Notes under the pieces: generated by a model
Told to the model about the DNA's origin: nothing
Seen by the model: the letters and a program-made list of their open reading frames with translations, nothing else
The model's database searches: none
From: Promethearchaeota archaeon
Lineage (GTDB): Archaea > Asgardarchaeota > Lokiarchaeia > Sigyniarchaeales > SOKP01
NCBI GenBank assembly: GCA_048940925.1
Contig: JBHLOC010000001.1
Span: forward strand, 1 to 64,000
DNA: 64,000 nt
Direction: 5' to 3'
Shown here: positions 59,617-64,000 of the stretch, one piece after another
Position numbering within the stretch: the stretch's first letter is position 1
How the letters are laid out: the number at the start of each line of letters is the position of its first letter
Made by a program: the position numbers and the translations under genes

Positions 59617-60477
59617 GTGATACTAAAAATGAAAAATGAAACGGGATATTTTGAAGGAAGAGAATTGAAGAAATTATTTTATCAATGGTGGTTACCTGAA
59701 TCTGGAGAATTAAAAGCTTATATCATAGCTATCCATGGATGGGGTACTCATTCTGATAGAATGAAAATTCCTGCTGAGTATTTTACAGAAAAGGGATATG
59801 CTGTTTATTCCTTTGATTTAAGAGGACATTATAGAAATGCGGGTGATATAGTGGGGCATATCGATAGTATGGATCATATCCAAAAGGATTTAATTCTCTT
59901 TATGGATGTAATCAGAGAAATTGCAAAAGATAAAAAAAAATTTCTAATGGGACATTCTTTTGGAGGTTTAATAAGTTTAATTTATGCTATAAATCACCCT
60001 ACTTTAGATGGTGTGTTAGTATCTTCTCCATTATTAGGAATGTTTATGAAATTATCAATGGGTAAAAAAGTAATAAAGTCAATATCTAAAACACTAGGAA
60101 AATTATCACCTAATAAAATTCTAAATAATATAATCGATCAGAATCAATTAACAAGTGATTTAAAAATATTAAAACAACATATAATTGATAAAAATAAAAT
60201 TGATATAATTTCAGCCAAATCAGTTTCTGAGATTGATACATATTCAAAATGGACTGTTGAAAATGCATCACAATTAATTTGTCCGGTACTAATAATGCAA
60301 GCGGGTAAGGATAAAATAGTTGATAAAGGAAAAACCAGAGATTTTTTTGAGAGCATTAGTAGCAAAGATAAAGACTATAAAGAATATGCAGGTTTCCTGC
60401 ACGAATTATGGAATGAGAAAGGACGAGTTCAAGTATTCCAAGATATGTATGTATGGTTTGAAAAACATTTAAAATAA
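59617..60477 (+). CDS. lysophospholipase/monoacylglycerol lipase family hydrolase
   Basis: IHGWG, DLRGH, GHSFGG and HEL.NE motifs. Confidence 0.88.
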   Translation: MILKMKNETGYFEGRELKKLFYQWWLPESGELKAYIIAIHGWGTHSDRMKIPAEYFTEKGYAVYSFDLRGHYRNAGDIVGHIDSMDHIQKDLILFMDVIREIAKDKKKFLMGHSFGGLISLIYAINHPTLDGVLVSSPLLGMFMKLSMGKKVIKSISKTLGKLSPNKILNNIIDQNQLTSDLKILKQHIIDKNKIDIISAKSVSEIDTYSKWTVENASQLICPVLIMQAGKDKIVDKGKTRDFFESISSKDKDYKEYAGFLHELWNEKGRVQVFQDMYVWFEKHLK

Positions 60478-60733
60478 ATGAGTATAAAATTCTTAGTGAT
60501 AAAAACCTAAATTCATGGCTCTTTTATTAAATTAACTCGGAATTTAGAAATTTTATCCTTAAATATTGAATTTATCGAAATCATGGATTAAGATTTTACA
60601 TATAACTCCTTGTATTTATAATACTATATAGAATTATTAAATTTATAATAAATAGAAATATTTTCAATAAAATACTAATACACTTATACTATTTAATTCT
60701 AAATCAAGATTCATTTTATAAAAATTTAAGGAT

Positions 60734-63598
60734 ATGTCATATAAAGATATTAAATTCAAAGATTTAACTCCTATGTTAAAGCACTGGTATTCTATTCGTA
60801 AAAGGTATCCTCCAGAACATCTTATTGCTTACAGAATGGGAGATTTTTATGAATTCTTTTATGATGATGCGAAAAGAATTTCAAAATTATTAGGAATAAC
60901 TTTAACTAAAAGAGGAGATGTTCCTTTAGCAGGGATTCCTCACCATTCGGGACATAATTATTTCAATAATCTTATGAATCTTGGTAAAACTTTAGTAATA
61001 GTAGATCAGTTAGAGGATCCCTCTACTGTGAAGGGAAGAATTGTTAAACGAGGAGTTACAAGAATACTTTCACCAGGTACATTAATAGAACCAAATTTAT
61101 TAAAATCGAATGAGAATAATTATATTGCATCAATGGTAAAAGAGAGAAGTGGATTTGGAGTTGCTTTCACAGATATATCAACAGGAGAATTTGTCACAAC
61201 TGAATTTTCTTATAAAGAAAAGGATCCCCAAGAAAAATTACTTAGCCTATTTTCTCAATATGACCCTGTAGAAATTATTATTCCTCCTGAACTGAAAGAA
61301 GATGAGAGACTTTTTATAATATTAACAGATTTAACAAAAGCAATTCTTAAACCCTACGAAGAACATTATTTTTTATATGAGGAGGCTCACGCATTAATTT
61401 CTCGTCATTTCAAAATTTCAAATTTGAAAAGTTTTGGTTTAGACGATAAAAAACTAGCAGTTCAAGCCGTAGGAGGATTATTAGCATTTTTAAAAGATAC
61501 CCAAAGAGATGTAGTTCCAAATATTTTTAAAATAATTCTTATACAAGAAAAAAACATACTACACTTGGATTATATTACACAAAGAAATTTAGAATTAATT
61601 AATTCTTTATGGGACAGAGGAAAAGATGCTACACTTTATTCTATTTTTAACCATACGAGCACTCCAATGGGAGCTCGTTTATTGAAGAAATTTATCCTCC
61701 AACCTCTAACAAAAATTGAGGAAATCAATCAAAGATTAAATATTGTCCAAAAATTTAAGGATGATATATTTTTAAGATCTGATCTAAGGGAAGAATTAGG
61801 AGTTATTGGCGATCTTGAAAGATTTATAAATAGGATTAATTATATTGGTCGTAGTAATGCTAGAGACTTAATAAATGTCAAAAATTCTTTACAAAAAGTT
61901 CCCATTATCAAAGATATATTAGAAAAGGCAGATATTCCAGAAATTTCACAATTCATCGAAAAAATTCAATCTTTTAATGAAGTAAGGGATCTAATTAATA
62001 TTTCAATTAAAGATAATCCACCTACCACCATCATGGAAGGAAATTTAATTAAAGATGGTTTTAATAATGAAGTAGATGAGCTTAGGGAAATAATTCGCAA
62101 TGGAAAAAAATATATTTTAGCATATGAAGAAGAACAGAAGAAAAGATGGAATTTATCTTCAGGATTAAAAGTTGGTTATAATAATATTCTTGGGTATTAT
62201 ATTGAAATAACTCTTAAAACTCTAAAGAATTTAAAAACTCTTCCTGAAGAATACAATGAAAGAGCTACTCTTAAAAATGCCAAAAGATACACCACGAATC
62301 GTTTAAAAGAACTTGAAGAAAAAATAGTTAATGCAGAAGAGAAAATAAATGATTTAGAATATGAGATTTTTAATACTATTCGTGAAAATGTTGAGAAAGA
62401 AACTGAAAATATACTTGAAACTGCTAAAAATATTGCTATTATTGATGTTCTCTCATGTTTTGCCGAAATTGCGGAACAATATAACTACTGTCGACCTATT
62501 ATTAATAATGAAGACAAAATCATAATTAAAGATGGAAGGCATCCCGTAATTGAACAGATAAATTTGGATGAACAGTTCATTCCTAATAACTGCTATATGG
62601 ATAATGATAATGATCAAATATTAATAATTACAGGTCCAAACATGGCAGGTAAAAGTACATATCTAAGGCAAGTGGCTTTAATATGTATTATTGCGCAAAT
62701 GGGATGTTTTGTTCCTGCTAAATCTGCCACAATAGGCGTGATTGATCAAATTTTTACTCGAATTGGAGCTTCAGATGATCTTGCGAGAAAATTGAGTACA
62801 TTTATGATAGAAATGACTGAAACTGCAAAAATATTAAACTTTGCAACAGAGAAAAGTCTTGTCATAATTGATGAATTAGGACGGGGAACGAGTACGAGTG
62901 ATGGTCAGAGTATAGCAATGGCTACTCTTGAAAAGCTACATGAATCGCAAATTAAAACTTTATTTAGTACCCATTATCATCAATTAACAGAAATTTCATT
63001 GCCGAGAGTAAAAAATTATCACTTAGATATTATTGAAAATGATGATGGTAGTATAAATTTTGTAAGAACATTGAAACCGGGAGGTACAGATAAATCCTAT
63101 GGAATTCATGTTGCGAAGTTAGCAGGAATCCCCGATGATGTAATAATAAGAGCTTTTGAAATACTTGAACAAATAGAAGATAAAGATCCTTTTATCACTG
63201 CAGTTAGAGAAAACGGGGAAATAGCTTTCTCAGATAAATACTATAATAAAATTATCAATGAAAAAAAGGTTGAACTTGATAAATTAAATGAGGACCTAAA
63301 GATGATAAAAGAATCCTTAAACGAGTGTAAAGCAGATTTAAGTAAAAGTAAAAGTGAATTAGAGCATAAAAAAAATGTAATAAAAGAACTAGAAATTAAA
63401 AAATCAAAATTTTCCGAAATAAAAACTCAAAAAAGGAAACAATATGTTCAAACTAGCCTATTTGAACCTCTAATCAGTAAAAAAGAAATGTTAGATTTAC
63501 TTCATTTTATCAAAGAAATTGATATTAAATCTGATACCTTGGAAAAATTAAAAGGAAAATTAACAGAACTCAAAAAAAAAATAGAAAAGTTCAACTAA
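60734..63598 (+). CDS. mutS: DNA mismatch repair protein MutS (MutS1)
   Basis: TPM, GDFYE.F, TGPNMAGKSTY, STFMIEM, DELGRGT and SYGIHVAKLAG motifs. Confidence 0.95.
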   Translation: MSYKDIKFKDLTPMLKHWYSIRKRYPPEHLIAYRMGDFYEFFYDDAKRISKLLGITLTKRGDVPLAGIPHHSGHNYFNNLMNLGKTLVIVDQLEDPSTVKGRIVKRGVTRILSPGTLIEPNLLKSNENNYIASMVKERSGFGVAFTDISTGEFVTTEFSYKEKDPQEKLLSLFSQYDPVEIIIPPELKEDERLFIILTDLTKAILKPYEEHYFLYEEAHALISRHFKISNLKSFGLDDKKLAVQAVGGLLAFLKDTQRDVVPNIFKIILIQEKNILHLDYITQRNLELINSLWDRGKDATLYSIFNHTSTPMGARLLKKFILQPLTKIEEINQRLNIVQKFKDDIFLRSDLREELGVIGDLERFINRINYIGRSNARDLINVKNSLQKVPIIKDILEKADIPEISQFIEKIQSFNEVRDLINISIKDNPPTTIMEGNLIKDGFNNEVDELREIIRNGKKYILAYEEEQKKRWNLSSGLKVGYNNILGYYIEITLKTLKNLKTLPEEYNERATLKNAKRYTTNRLKELEEKIVNAEEKINDLEYEIFNTIRENVEKETENILETAKNIAIIDVLSCFAEIAEQYNYCRPIINNEDKIIIKDGRHPVIEQINLDEQFIPNNCYMDNDNDQILIITGPNMAGKSTYLRQVALICIIAQMGCFVPAKSATIGVIDQIFTRIGASDDLARKLSTFMIEMTETAKILNFATEKSLVIIDELGRGTSTSDGQSIAMATLEKLHESQIKTLFSTHYHQLTEISLPRVKNYHLDIIENDDGSINFVRTLKPGGTDKSYGIHVAKLAGIPDDVIIRAFEILEQIEDKDPFITAVRENGEIAFSDKYYNKIINEKKVELDKLNEDLKMIKESLNECKADLSKSKSELEHKKNVIKELEIKKSKFSEIKTQKRKQYVQTSLFEPLISKKEMLDLLHFIKEIDIKSDTLEKLKGKLTELKKKIEKFN

Positions 63599-63999
63599 TC
63601 AATGATAACAGGAATTATAAAGACTATTGTGGTCAGATATATATAATATAGTGATACTATAGAAACCAAGAAAATTCTAGATAACTTTTTCCTGTTTTCA
63701 TTTTTGATATTTTCTAAAAGTATTATTAATAGCAAACCGATGAACATTAAATGTGAAGGCTGTAAAGCTTTCCACATAATTGAGTCTAAAATTAAAATGC
63801 CATGGATTTCCTCATCACTATAAAGCCAGTTATTGAACATTTGAAAGAAATAATTAGGGAATATCATATAAGGAATACACATTATAATAAAAGGAACCAA
63901 ATAATAGATGAGATCTTTCCATTTTATTTTTTTAATCACAAGTAAGACAGGAAGATATAAAATTGCAGTTATTTTAAATGTAGCTAATGTAAAGAGAAT
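63595..63999 (-). CDS. membrane protein, 5' end beyond the window (possibly GT87/DUF2029-like)
   Basis: Frame stays open to the edge (ILFTLATFKITAILYLPVLLVIKK) and has multiple TM segments. Confidence 0.55.
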   Translation of the reverse strand: MLFTLATFKITAILYLPVLLVIKKIKWKDLIYYLVPFIIMCIPYMIFPNYFFQMFNNWLYSDEEIHGILILDSIMWKALQPSHLMFIGLLLIILLENIKNENRKKLSRIFLVSIVSLYYIYLTTIVFIIPVIID

Positions 64000-64000
64000 A

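Overview
AT-rich (about 30% GC by eye) archaeal chromosomal DNA whose gene content points to an Asgard archaeon of the Lokiarchaeia. The evidence is archaeal information genes (Rpo3, eL18, uL13, uS9, thermosome, Lsm, RIO2, Clp1, TrmI), four small-GTPase-fold genes including a Rag-like one, a gelsolin-like domain, Loki-type LRRs and a remnant IPGY+TM Loki-CTERM tail. Most of the window is housekeeping or metabolic: an HdrA-MvhD/MetV/MetF methylene-THF reductase operon, PEPCK, SHMT, aroA/aroC, a split porG-DAB set and MutS. The best candidates for something undescribed are five. (1) A tightly coupled two-gene unit of a circularly permuted ATP-grasp ligase and an M14-type Zn-carboxypeptidase (40390-42999), a possible peptide-tag writer/eraser pair. 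(2) A TPR-LRR-HEAT-LRR gene with twelve plant-NLR-style 24-aa repeats, bracketed by an ungapped 61-bp duplication of the upstream gene's 3' end, consistent with an integrated cassette. (3) A gelsolin-like domain fused to four TM helices. (4) Three genes that apparently must start at ATA, two of them with identical GGTGA-N6-ATA spacing. (5) A Rab-like pseudo-GTPase. Several decayed remnants missed or mis-called by the ORF track were also reconstructed. No tRNA, rRNA, CRISPR array, transposase or integrase was recognised. All family calls are from motif recognition by eye; no searches were run.
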